Below, piece after piece: positions 52,778-64,000 of a DNA stretch of 64,000 bases (the stretch's first letter is position 1; each line of letters opens with the position of its first letter). Location: the NCBI GenBank assembly GCA_028289135.1, contig JAQGGW010000007.1, forward strand, positions 2,300 to 66,299, read 5' to 3'. Both the position numbers and the translations under genes were made by a program. Source of the stretch: Candidatus Saccharimonadota bacterium (GTDB taxonomy: Bacteria > Patescibacteriota > Saccharimonadia > Saccharimonadales > JACDBH01). The notes under the pieces are model-generated. The model searched no databases. It saw only the letters and a program-made list of their open reading frames with translations, and was not told where the DNA came from.

Positions 52778-55177
52778 ATGGCAGGACGTCAAAAGACGGT
52801 TCATGCGGCGGTTGCGAAGAAAAAAGAAGTTGTCGTGGCTAAGAAACCAATAACCAAAAAGCTTCTTAAAAAAACGCACCAAAAAGCAAAAACTATCAAA
52901 ATCAAACACCATCACGCCAAGGCGTACCGCAAACGGCATGTCAGCGCGCTGTTTTTGTTCATTATTTTGTCATCGGTTTTAATAACCTGGCTACTGATTT
53001 ACCGCGAGCAGGTCGGGCACAGCTTGGACGGCGCCCAAAACTACATTTCGGAGGTTTTTAACCCGGCAACCGTAAGCACTCAGACCGTTTCTTCGACACT
53101 AGGGTTTAGCGTAAGTTATGACATTCGCACCTTTACTGCCAGTGCTATTGATTCTGCTACCGGCGACTTGTTTATTGGCCAGGAACTGGGCGTAAATCGT
53201 GCTTACCAAACGGTCAGGATTTTTACGGGCAACAGCGACATAACAAAAAACAGCCAGCGCAGTTTGACGATTAATTATTATGACAATTTGCCGGTCGCGG
53301 AGCTAACTGACGGCGCGTTAATCCAGCAGGAAAAAACCGTAGCCGAAAATGGCGTAGATACGTCCAAAGCCCAGGTTCGGATGCTTTCTAGCACTACCGA
53401 AAATATAAATGGCACGCTTTTTAGGGCAAGCGAATGGAAAGTCCAGCAGGCTTCTACTTCTTCAATTGCTTCAAAGGTAGCGGTTGGATTCCGTACATAC
53501 GCGGGCGTTGTGCACGGTAAGGCTATGATTATGAAAGTAACCTACGGCATTAGCGGCGGCCAGAACGGGGAAATATTTAAATCCGTAATTTCTTCAATGA
53601 CATTTTCTGGCCGCAAGCAGGCGCAGGCCAAGGCAAGCAAAGTGGTAGCAGACAAAATTAGCAGCAACCGCTCATTGATTGACACGGTTTTGTTTACGCG
53701 GATGGCAAGCGCGGCAACGGCCTTGGACAGCTCGGAGGAAATCAGCTCACGTTTTAGCCCGACGGTCGTAAAGATTTATAACCTGTACTGCATGGATATT
53801 GCGGTTGATGGAACGGCTTATTCAAAGGACACTTGCGAAGGCAGCACGGGGTCAGGGTTTTTTATAAATGGTGATGGCTACATTGGTACAAACGGCCACG
53901 TGGCGTCGGCCGATCCGTTGGATATTGTTATTAATAATGCCATCCAAAACCTGGTGAACGGCGACCAGACTAACTTTAATTATTTGGCAAATGTGGCCGG
54001 CGTGCGCGACACGGACTTTAGCGGCAAAGAGTCTACCAACGAAATTATCGACATTGCGGTTAACAAAATGTACCAGATAAATCCGGCCCGGATAACGACG
54101 ACAAATGCTGTTTATAATCTGATGGTTGGGATTAACGAAAAGCAGCCGAACATCGGGGAAATGATAAAAGACACCCAAAACCGCCAAGTTTATGCTGAGC
54201 AAAGCGGCGTAAAAAAGGCTAAGCTGGTGGCTAAGGATTACAGGGTGGTGGATGGGATTATTGTAAACGGGGCGGCCAGTTTTAAGGCGTCTGACGTGGC
54301 AATTATTAAAATCGATGGAAGCGATTATCCGGTGGCGCACTTAGGCAGTTTGAGCGCGGTTTCGCAGGGCGCGGGGCTGCTGATTTTGGGATATCCAGGC
54401 GAAGCTTCGGACAACGGTTTGGTGGACGCGTCTGTTAGCAAGCCAACGCTGACTGCCGGCAAAGTGTCGTCTATTAAAACTGTGTCTGGCAGCACAAAAC
54501 AGCTGATTGAAACCGACGCCACGATTGGCCACGGAAACAGCGGCGGGCCGGTGTTTGATGAAAGCGGCGACGTGATCGGGATTGCTACTTATACCATTGA
54601 TGGAAGCGGCCAAGGCAACGGGACGTATAACTATATCCGCGACATCCAGGATTTGAAGGATCTTGCGGCTGATAATAACGTGAGTATTAACGGCACCAGC
54701 GCGACCCAGAAAGAATGGAACAAAGGCATTGACCTGTTTTATAATGCGCATTATTCAAAAGCCGTGCAAAGTTTTGTAAAGGTCCAGGAGCTTTATCCGC
54801 AGCATCCAAAAGCCAGTGATTTGATTGCGGCAGCCAATGAGCGGATTGCCAACGGGCAGGAAGTTAAAGATTTCCCATATGTTGTTGTGGCTACTGCGAT
54901 TGTTTCGGTGCTCGGGATTGTAGTTTCGGCATTTGTAATTTTACGCCACCACCGCAAACACAAAGTTTATGTTGCCCAGGTTGCGAACGGTACAATCCAA
55001 CCGATGCAAAAGGGCGACCGGCCGCACCGTCTGAGGTATATTGGCGGCGGTGAGCCAATGGAGCCTGTTGCGCCCGCCGCTGAGCCAGCAGAGGAAACGG
55101 AGAAGCCAGAGGAAGTAGCTGAGTCCGAACAGCCTAAACAAACTGCAAAGCGCCCGCCGCGCAAAGTCCAGTTTTAG
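52778..55177 (+). CDS. membrane-anchored trypsin-like serine protease (S1 family, HtrA-like core without obvious PDZ)
   Basis: Starts at ATG 52778 (MAGRQKT...). N-terminal TM. GSGFFINGDGYIGTNGHV (His), ...ASDVAIIKI (Asp), TDATIGHGNSGGPVFDESGDVIGI (Ser). A TPR-like segment, a second TM, and an acidic/Pro-rich tail follow. Confidence 0.7.
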   Translation: MAGRQKTVHAAVAKKKEVVVAKKPITKKLLKKTHQKAKTIKIKHHHAKAYRKRHVSALFLFIILSSVLITWLLIYREQVGHSLDGAQNYISEVFNPATVSTQTVSSTLGFSVSYDIRTFTASAIDSATGDLFIGQELGVNRAYQTVRIFTGNSDITKNSQRSLTINYYDNLPVAELTDGALIQQEKTVAENGVDTSKAQVRMLSSTTENINGTLFRASEWKVQQASTSSIASKVAVGFRTYAGVVHGKAMIMKVTYGISGGQNGEIFKSVISSMTFSGRKQAQAKASKVVADKISSNRSLIDTVLFTRMASAATALDSSEEISSRFSPTVVKIYNLYCMDIAVDGTAYSKDTCEGSTGSGFFINGDGYIGTNGHVASADPLDIVINNAIQNLVNGDQTNFNYLANVAGVRDTDFSGKESTNEIIDIAVNKMYQINPARITTTNAVYNLMVGINEKQPNIGEMIKDTQNRQVYAEQSGVKKAKLVAKDYRVVDGIIVNGAASFKASDVAIIKIDGSDYPVAHLGSLSAVSQGAGLLILGYPGEASDNGLVDASVSKPTLTAGKVSSIKTVSGSTKQLIETDATIGHGNSGGPVFDESGDVIGIATYTIDGSGQGNGTYNYIRDIQDLKDLAADNNVSINGTSATQKEWNKGIDLFYNAHYSKAVQSFVKVQELYPQHPKASDLIAAANERIANGQEVKDFPYVVVATAIVSVLGIVVSAFVILRHHRKHKVYVAQVANGTIQPMQKGDRPHRLRYIGGGEPMEPVAPAAEPAEETEKPEEVAESEQPKQTAKRPPRKVQF

Positions 55178-55320
55178 GACTGGCTGCTTTTAAGCCAAAC
55201 CAAGAGAATAATTAGGATAAGAACGATCAAAATAACGACTAAAAGCTCAAGGATGGTGTAGCCGCCCTGGCTGCTGTGAAGTTTCGGTTGGGTGTTTCTA
55301 AGTTTTTTTATGATAAACAT
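55174..55320 (-). CDS. 48-aa mini-prepilin (prepilin N-terminal domain only)
   Basis: The track ORF is trimmed to ATG 55320. MFIIKKLRNTQPKLHSSQGG/YTILELLVVILIVLILIILLVWLKSSQS has Gly-1 and Glu+5. The mature product would be about 28 aa. It could be a gene remnant. Confidence 0.4.
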   Translation of the reverse strand: MFIIKKLRNTQPKLHSSQGGYTILELLVVILIVLILIILLVWLKSSQS

Positions 55321-55400
55321 AAGCCTATCATAGGTGTAATGCTCGTGCTGCGCAACCTGTTTCGTGATGTATTTTATATGAGGCAAGCATAACCATAATT

Positions 55401-55409
55401 TGCTATAAT
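55401..55409 (+). promoter_or_regulatory. extended -10 promoter of the ATPase operon
   Basis: tgctataat at 55401-55409. ATG 55420 is 11 nt downstream. Confidence 0.6.
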
Positions 55410-55419
55410 AGTAGGTGAA

Positions 55420-56304
55420 ATGAGGGTGCAAAACACGCAAACATTCTTTGGGGCAGGCTTAAAGCGCTTTGGCCTCTGTTTGAAGCGCCTAAAATATGCC
55501 CGGGCCTGGATATCCGCCGCAGCTGTAGCGGGCGTTTTGTTGGCTCCTTCGGTCGCGAGCGCCGTTACTTTAATTTCCCAGGGCTACAGCACCGACGCCG
55601 TTTTGCCAGCTGGTGCCATAGTGAGCCTAAAAAAAGATTCCATAACAGATGTAACCAGCGCCACGGTGAGCAATGTTGCCAGCACGCTGGGCGTCGTAAT
55701 TGGCGACGGAAGCTCGCAGCTGTCGATATCATCAGTCGGCAAAGACCAAGTCCAGATTGCGACCAGCGGAATTGAACAGGTGCTGGTGTCGGATATGAAC
55801 GGTACGATTGCCGCAGGTGACCAGATAACCGCTTCGCCGATCAGCGGCGTTGGCATGAAGGCCACTGCCAGCGCCAAGGTGGTTGGCGTTGCGCAGGACG
55901 CTTTCCCCAACAGCACCGCCCAAAAAGAAGACTACAAAGATAAAAGCGGGCAGACACATTCTGCCAAACTAGGCCAAGTAGCGGTGCTTGTAAACGTGGC
56001 TTATTACTACAAACAGCCGGACAAAACCATCATCCCATCGACCATACAAAACCTTGCCAACGCGCTGGCAGGCAAGACAGTTAACGCACTGCCGATTCTG
56101 CTCAGCGTTGGTATTTTTATCGTAACGCTTATTGTGGTCGTTAGCATTATCTACGCCCTGATCCACAGCAGTATTATCTCTGTTGGACGCAACCCAATGT
56201 CGCAATCGGCGGTGTACCGTAACGTCATCCAACTTTCGCTTTTGGTGGTGGTAATTTTGGCAGTGGCGGTGATAGCAATTTACATGGTTTTGAGGAAACT
56301 TTAA
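55420..56304 (+). CDS. secreted protein with C-terminal two-helix hairpin (c-subunit-like loop); first gene of the ATPase operon
   Basis: 294 aa with signal ...AAVAGVLLAPSVASA and a ~190-aa Ser/Thr/Val-rich ectodomain. The C-terminus is LPILLSVGIFIVTLIVVVSIIYALIHSSIISVGRNPMSQSAVYRNVIQLSLLVVVILAVAVIAIYMVL. The next gene starts 1 nt after the stop. Confidence 0.6.
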   Translation: MRVQNTQTFFGAGLKRFGLCLKRLKYARAWISAAAVAGVLLAPSVASAVTLISQGYSTDAVLPAGAIVSLKKDSITDVTSATVSNVASTLGVVIGDGSSQLSISSVGKDQVQIATSGIEQVLVSDMNGTIAAGDQITASPISGVGMKATASAKVVGVAQDAFPNSTAQKEDYKDKSGQTHSAKLGQVAVLVNVAYYYKQPDKTIIPSTIQNLANALAGKTVNALPILLSVGIFIVTLIVVVSIIYALIHSSIISVGRNPMSQSAVYRNVIQLSLLVVVILAVAVIAIYMVLRKL

Positions 56305-56305
56305 G

Positions 56306-57058
56306 ATGAGTTCTTTATACCTGCAAATATTTTTGGGCGCTGATTTGTTTGTGATTGGCTTGCTAACGCCGCTGATGTTCAAGCACGGCAAAGCGCATAT
56401 TAAAGGCTCAAAACAAGACGATGAAAAGCCGCACCTTACGGAAGCCGATAAAGAGCGGATGCTGCGCGAGTCGGAAGTAAAGTACCAAAAAGTTTTGGAC
56501 CATTCGGTGCAGGTTTTGCAGACAGATTTGGACAAAAGCGCCGAGCAGATTAACGGCCTTGTTACGCGGTTTGCAGGGGTGATTGTCGGCGACGAAATGG
56601 AGCGCTACCGTTCTGAGCTATCCAAGCTGCACAAGCAGGCTGAGGCCGATATGAGCGTTATCAAGCAGGAAATTGGCGGGCATCAGACTGAGATCGAGGC
56701 AAAGTTCCATCAGGAAATGGAGCTCGAAAAACAGCGTTTGATTGCGCAGATCGACACCAAACTTGGTGACGCTGTCGGGTCGTTTTTGGTGGAGACTTTG
56801 CAGCACAATGTCGACCTTGGAAACCAAACGGAATATTTGCTGGCAATGCTTGAAGAGCACAAGCTCGATTTCAGCAAAATCCTTACGGATTCAGAACCGC
56901 CAGAAGAGCGCATAAGCTCTGTTTCTGCTGTCAACGTAGCATCTACTACGCTTCCAGCAGAGAACAAATCTTCTGCATCTCTTCCTGACGGCCCTGAAGT
57001 CCGCGAGGTTTTACAGAAACCGAGCCACGAGTTTAAACAGCAGGTGGATACGAAATGA
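56306..57058 (+). CDS. b-subunit-like stalk protein (N-terminal TM plus long coiled coil)
   Basis: 250 aa with TM LYLQIFLGADLFVIGLLTPLMF followed by a charged heptad-rich helix. ATGA overlap with atpH. The assignment rests on architecture and position only. Confidence 0.45.
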   Translation: MSSLYLQIFLGADLFVIGLLTPLMFKHGKAHIKGSKQDDEKPHLTEADKERMLRESEVKYQKVLDHSVQVLQTDLDKSAEQINGLVTRFAGVIVGDEMERYRSELSKLHKQAEADMSVIKQEIGGHQTEIEAKFHQEMELEKQRLIAQIDTKLGDAVGSFLVETLQHNVDLGNQTEYLLAMLEEHKLDFSKILTDSEPPEERISSVSAVNVASTTLPAENKSSASLPDGPEVREVLQKPSHEFKQQVDTK

Positions 57059-57540
57059 AACTGAACCTGCAAGACATCATTTTTACCCCCCAAGACCTGC
57101 GTGCACTTACTATGGAAGTCCGCCGCTACGGACGCTGGTTTGCCCAGGAGAGTGTTAAGGCAAAAGTAACCGGCAAAGCTACTACTGAACCGTTTGCAGT
57201 TTCTGAAGCGGCCGCAAGCGTTATCCACGAATATGCTGCCGGGCAGGCAATTACTGGAAAGCTATTGGATAGTTTGATCGTGGAGCTCGATAATTTAGAA
57301 AAAACACTGCCGCACGTAACCATTACGCTCGCCGCAATGCCGGGCAATCTACTCAAAAAAACGCTGACCAATTGGTGCCGCAAAAACATATCTCCCGAAA
57401 TATTGGTCGACTTTAGGTTTAACGCCACGCTGCTTGGCGGCATGGTGGTGCAGCATGGCAGCCGCATTCACGACTGGTCATTTAGACGCATGATTTTGGC
57501 CAACCGTGCTAAGTTTCCGGAGGTGCTGCGCCATGTTTGA
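57055..57540 (+). CDS. atpH: F1 ATPase delta (OSCP) subunit, divergent N-terminus
   Basis: The C-terminal ...VTITLAAMPGNLLKKTLTNWCRKNISPEILVDFRFNATLLGGMVVQHGSRIHDWSFRRMI matches the OSCP C-terminal pattern (vD..LlGG.vv..g...D.S.r). Confidence 0.65.
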   Translation: MKLNLQDIIFTPQDLRALTMEVRRYGRWFAQESVKAKVTGKATTEPFAVSEAAASVIHEYAAGQAITGKLLDSLIVELDNLEKTLPHVTITLAAMPGNLLKKTLTNWCRKNISPEILVDFRFNATLLGGMVVQHGSRIHDWSFRRMILANRAKFPEVLRHV

Positions 57541-59075
57541 TAACCAGACATTCCAAGCTCTCGTGGAGGCCAACGGCCTGACTGGCGAAGTAGTGGCCAG
57601 CAACAGCTTTATTATTGAAGTAAAGGGGCTTGAAGGCGTGCGTTTGGGCTCGCAGGTTTTGTTTGAAGACGGGCAGCGCGGGATGGTACGCGAAGCTTAT
57701 GCGGACAAGGTAATTTTGTTTAATATTGATTCCGAAAAAATGCAGCCGGGGACTTTGGCCGTGGTACAAAACGACGTCTTGAGCGTGCCAGTTGGCAAAG
57801 AACTTGTGGGCCGGGTCGTGTCGGCAATGGGCGAACCGCTGGACGGCAAAGGGCCGGTTGCGGCCAAAGAAAAGTCAGGTATTTTTAACCCGGCGCCCGG
57901 AATTATGGCTAGGAGCATGCTAAACGAACAGCTGGCCAGCGGCGTGTCGGCGGTGGACATGTTTTTCCCGGTAGTATTGGGGCAGCGTATCGCGATTTTG
58001 GGCGACAGTAAGTCTGGTAAAAGTACGTTTTTAAGCCAGCTGAGCGCCAGCCAGGAAGGCACCGACCGCGTGGTGGTTTATGTGCTGATTGGCAAGCGCA
58101 AAGTGGACATCGAAATGCTTCTTGCCGGCCTGCGTGATTCGGGCGCGATGGAGCACACGATTGTGGTTTTGGCTGACATTTTTGATTCATTAACACAGTC
58201 ATATTTAGCACCGTATTCGGCCTGCGCCATGGCCGAAAACATATGGTATGGCGGCCGTGACACAATTATTATTTATGACGATTTAAGCTCTCATGCAGAG
58301 GCCTACCGGCAGCTTTCGTTGCTGCAAGAAATCGACCCGGGCCGCGACTCTTATCCGGGTGATATTTTCTATGCCCACTCAAGCTTACTCGAGCGTGCGG
58401 GCAAGCTGCTGACAACCGACAAAACCCTGACTGCGCTGCCGGTAATTATTACGCCAAACGATGACATTACGGCTTATCTTTCGACCAGTATTATGTCGAT
58501 TACCGACGGTCAGATTATCTTTGACCTTGGACTGTTCCGCAAGGGAATCCGCCCGGCCGTTAACGCTGGTTTGTCCGTGAGCCGTGTCGGCGGCCAGGCG
58601 CAAACAGGCAGGCAAAAACGGCTTTCCAGTACTCTGTTTAAAAAGCTTGCCAAGTACAAACAAGCCGAAGAATTTTCACACTTCGGTTCGAGCCTTTCCA
58701 AAGAAGCAAGCATCGACCTGCAAACCGGTAAGCTGATCTATGCGGCGCTGCAGCAGCCGCCAGAAGAGCGGCACACATTGGCTACGCAGCAGCTTATTTT
58801 GGAAACGTTATTGCTTGGCGAAGGCGAGCTGGAATTTGACATTCCGGCACTCAAAAAAGAAGCCACAGAGCGTTCGGCTGAAGCAAAAGAAGAAGCCGAT
58901 TATGACCGGATAGAAAAAGAGCTTTTAAAGAAGTATTCCAGCCCGATTAAAATTGTATTAAAAGCTGGTGAAAAAGCACCGGTAACTATAACTGGACCAG
59001 AACCCGGGATTAAGCCCCCAAAAACTGAAACTGAAGCCGAAATGGATGAAGCGGCCCGAAAGGAAAAGGCAGCCC

Positions 59076-59089
<14 letters not shown>
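57533..59089 (+). CDS. atpA: F1 ATPase alpha subunit
   Basis: ATG 57533 overlaps the atpH stop. P-loop GDSKSGKST, ...IIIYDDLSSHAEAYRQLSLLQ..PGRDSYPGDIFYAHSSLLERA..., and ITDGQIIFDLGLFRKGIRPAVNAGLSVSRVGG. A charged C-terminal extension follows. Confidence 0.9.
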
Positions 59090-61820
<2,731 letters not shown>

Positions 61821-61838
61821 GGCTGTCGTGTTTTAATC

Positions 61839-61892
61839 AAAAAGATCCGGGCTTGGCCCGGTCTTTTTGCTGAATGGAATGAACTGTAACCC
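61839..61892 (-). ncRNA. candidate small RNA, copy 3 (its hairpin also serves as the atpC terminator on the + strand)
   Basis: The minus strand reads gggttacagttcattccattcagcaaaaagaccgggccaagcccggatcttttt, nearly identical in its 5' block to 26212-26265. TAGAAT lies just upstream on the minus strand. Confidence 0.3.
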
Positions 61893-61935
61893 ATTCTAAA
61901 AGACATTAGAATTAGAAAAGCTTACATTATGCGGT

Positions 61936-61959
61936 CCCCGCAAGGCCTGCCTTGTGGGG
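61936..61959 (-). terminator. GC hairpin (CCCC-N6-CAGG-N6-GGGG family) after the gene at 61966..63012
   Basis: The minus strand reads ccccacaagg/cagg/ccttgcgggg, beginning 7 nt after the stop codon. Confidence 0.5.
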
Positions 61960-61965
61960 TGTGAG

Positions 61966-63012
61966 TTATTCCTCGACGATGTAGTTGATGGCATAACCCC
62001 CAGGAGGCAGGGCGCTGGCAACATAGACGCTAAAACCGGCAACGCTTGGGTTGACGATGTAGAAAACGGCGCCAGTGCCAATGCCTGTTAAAACAATACG
62101 GGGAACGGTGGCGTATTGGGTACGGAAGGCGACGGTGCCTATGTGTCCGGGGTTTGCCCCAACGCCAATGGCGATTGAGATTGTGCCGGCAGAATCGTTG
62201 CCGTTCATGGCCGCTGTGCCGTTTGAACCAAGAGCATTGCCGGCCCCAAAATTTGGAATTTGGCCGCTGGTTATAATATGTCCGCCGATGGTTAATGTGC
62301 CGGTGGATGTGAGGTTGCGGGCAACAAAACCAGCGGTTGAGATTGTGCCGCCAACAGCAAGGTTACCCAGCAGGTTTAGGTTGTTATTAACGGTTAAAAG
62401 TTGCTGTATGGTGACTGCACCTTGGAGCGTGGTTGAACCTGCAACCGTAAGATTACCGCGCATAGTTAGAGCGCTAAGAGTTGTGGCACCACTTACGTTT
62501 AACTCGGTTAAGGAAGTTTTGCCTGCCTCAAGTTGGGCAAGGGCGGCGTCATTGGCGTTAAATTTGCTGTTTAGCTTTAGTTGACCGCCAACTGTGACAT
62601 CGCCGGCGGTTTTTAGTTTGCCGTTAAACTGGGCGTCGGGGTCGACAGTTAGCTGGACGCCCGAGTTGCCGATGGCTGTTTTATTAACGCCGACTTTGCT
62701 GAGCGCATCAGCGTTGATTGTCACCTGGCCGGTATTTGCGTTGTCGGGTTTTTTGCCCTTGAGCACAAAGCCCAGCACGACGCCGTTGATGGCAAGAATA
62801 ACCACCACCACGGCGATGGCTATGAAGGTTGCTTTGTGGCTCGGGCGGTAGGAACGGCGGCGTTGTTTTTTACCCGCTTCAGAGGAGGCGGAAAGTTTAG
62901 TCGGTGCGGTAGCGGCCGTTGTGGTGGCAGCGGCATCAACGACCCGGGGCTTTAGTACTTCGGCAGCCGGCGCGCCGTCTGTGGGCGCATCTGGCGATGG
63001 GGGTGTGTCCAT
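61966..63012 (-). CDS. membrane-anchored surface protein with beta-helix-like Gly/Asn/Thr/Val-rich repeats
   Basis: 348 aa with a basic cytoplasmic N-terminus and TM FIAIAVVVVILAINGVVLGFVL. Repetitive ...GNLTVAGSTTLQGAVTI...LGNLAVGGTIST... segments follow. TATAAT lies on the minus strand at 63043-63048. Confidence 0.5.
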   Translation of the reverse strand: MDTPPSPDAPTDGAPAAEVLKPRVVDAAATTTAATAPTKLSASSEAGKKQRRRSYRPSHKATFIAIAVVVVILAINGVVLGFVLKGKKPDNANTGQVTINADALSKVGVNKTAIGNSGVQLTVDPDAQFNGKLKTAGDVTVGGQLKLNSKFNANDAALAQLEAGKTSLTELNVSGATTLSALTMRGNLTVAGSTTLQGAVTIQQLLTVNNNLNLLGNLAVGGTISTAGFVARNLTSTGTLTIGGHIITSGQIPNFGAGNALGSNGTAAMNGNDSAGTISIAIGVGANPGHIGTVAFRTQYATVPRIVLTGIGTGAVFYIVNPSVAGFSVYVASALPPGGYAINYIVEE

Positions 63013-63116
63013 CTTAACGTTATTCCTCTTCTTTCCGTCTTATTATAGCGCTCGTGGTTAATTTCATGAAATTGATACCCCCCACTTATTAATGACAAGA
63101 GAAGCAAACTTCTATG

Positions 63117-63301
63117 GCCAAACCTCCTGCCAGAACTGCCGACTCAGAAAAGAACATGATTGAAAATATCTGTATACCATTCGGCTCCTGCGGGACTCCC
63201 TATGGTCGGCCCTAAAGGGCTAGTCCTCGGAGCTCGTAATGGCATACAGACATTTTCATCAGTTTTTTCTGGTAGCCGCCATTTCCGGTAGTAGGTTTGG
63301 C
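63117..63301. repeat. 185-nt long imperfect palindrome / irregular hairpin
   Basis: gccaaacc (63117-) pairs with ggtttggc (-63301). The inner 20-bp arm gaaaatatctgtataccatt (63162-63181) pairs with aatggcatacagacattttc (63238-63257). Its two mismatches are G.U only on the minus strand. Confidence 0.7.
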
Positions 63302-63304
63302 TCC

Positions 63305-63442
63305 GGCCGCTTCACAAAGCTTTCATATACATGGTGAGTGTGGCGGGAAGTTTCGGCACATTGATTTAATAGCGTAAAACTGTCTCTGAGCGGTCTAAAT
63401 CAATGTGCCGAAACTTCCAAGGAGTGAGGCTTTCGGGTGCTA
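63305..63442 (+). repeat. ~130-nt repeat, copy 2 (perfect 23-bp-stem hairpin at 63346-63418)
   Basis: ggaagtttcggcacattgattta / atagcgtaaaactgtctctgagcggtc / taaatcaatgtgccgaaacttcc. The flanks catggtgag... and ...ccaaggag... also match the reverse complement of 29474-29625. Confidence 0.8.
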
Positions 63443-63501
63443 ATGCTGATTTTAGTTCGGCATAAGTTGCAAAAAGCTCGCGTTTAAAGAACAATTAACC
63501 T

Positions 63502-64000
63502 ATGCGGAAGTTTTTGATGGGAGTTTATGTGCTGGGGGCGGGGCTGGTGAGCCTTGTTGTGACTATGGGGGTAGTGAGCGCTTTGGCTTCGACCAATTAT
63601 CGTATAAGCGAACCTTCGGTTGGGGGGATTGGTACGGCCAAGACATCGTCGCCAGGCTACCAGGCCCTTACATCTGGTGGGATTATTGGTTTTGGTAACA
63701 GTACGGGTACTTTGACACAGATTAATGCCGGGCACGAAACAACAGATGAGCCAGCTTTATCTTTTGCGGTAGCATCATCAAGCGTTAACTTCGGCAGTTT
63801 TTCTGCTACTACTACAGCTACCACAACCTCTACCTTTGCCGTACTGGACTACACCAGCTATGGCTATGTGGTGCAGGTGCTGGGTAATGCGCCGAGTAAT
63901 GGTGTGCATACAATTGACTCTATGGCTTCAACCGGGCCTTCGACCGTGGGCGTGGAGCAATTTGGGATAAACCTGGTGGCTAACACTTCGCCGTCATCAT
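63502..64000 (+). CDS. secreted hypothetical protein (N-terminal part, runs off the window)
   Basis: ATG 63502 is open to the window end and is not in the track. MRKFLMGVYVLGAGLVSLVVTMGVVSALA is a signal peptide, followed by ...STNYRISEPSVGGIG... and a Ser/Thr-rich body. Confidence 0.55.
   Translation, partial: MRKFLMGVYVLGAGLVSLVVTMGVVSALASTNYRISEPSVGGIGTAKTSSPGYQALTSGGIIGFGNSTGTLTQINAGHETTDEPALSFAVASSSVNFGSFSATTTATTTSTFAVLDYTSYGYVVQVLGNAPSNGVHTIDSMASTGPSTVGVEQFGINLVANTSPSS

Overview
This 64-kb window is densely coded under the standard genetic code, with TGA used as a stop and many ATGA/TAATG translational couplings. Gene content and style suggest a small-genome, monoderm-type bacterium, possibly Candidate Phyla Radiation / Saccharibacteria-like; that placement is inference only. 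The main blocks are listed below in order.

- **1-1624:** the end of a MacB-type ABC exporter.
- **2.9-17.8 kb:** a run of secreted or membrane-anchored surface proteins. It includes a 945-aa SGNH/GDSL hydrolase and two tandem modules, each made of a small TM protein and a giant Cys-rich secreted protein. The two giant proteins share a ~350-aa C-terminal domain.
- **17.9-29.4 kb:** directly downstream, a complete secretin-less type IV pilus locus (pilM-N-O-small ORF-pilB-pilT-pilC-pilA-pilD, then four minor pilins). A 270-nt palindromic non-coding element splits it.
- **29.6-55.2 kb:**
  - Housekeeping genes and tRNAs: xerC-like recombinase, ndk, nrdR, tgt and four tRNAs (Arg-CCT, Asp-GTC, Thr-CGT, Gly-CCC).
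  - Other recognisable genes: a parvulin PPIase, a methyltransferase/GGCT operon, a KGG stress peptide, a DUF62 SAM-hydrolase-like gene with a Met-rich leader ORF, a GNAT, two alpha/beta hydrolases, a processive GT2 and an S1 protease.
  - Many hypothetical proteins.
- **55.4-61.8 kb:** an F1-type ATPase operon (delta-alpha-gamma-beta-epsilon). It is preceded by a b-like coiled-coil protein and an unusual secreted protein with a c-subunit-like C-terminal hairpin. No a or canonical c subunit gene is in the operon, and a 48-aa mini-prepilin gene is transcribed divergently from it.

Several non-coding repeat and hairpin families recur. Many genes appear leaderless behind TRTGnTATAAT-type extended -10 promoters. 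I found no rRNA, CRISPR array, transposase or phage genes. All homology calls come from motif recognition by eye; no database searches were run.
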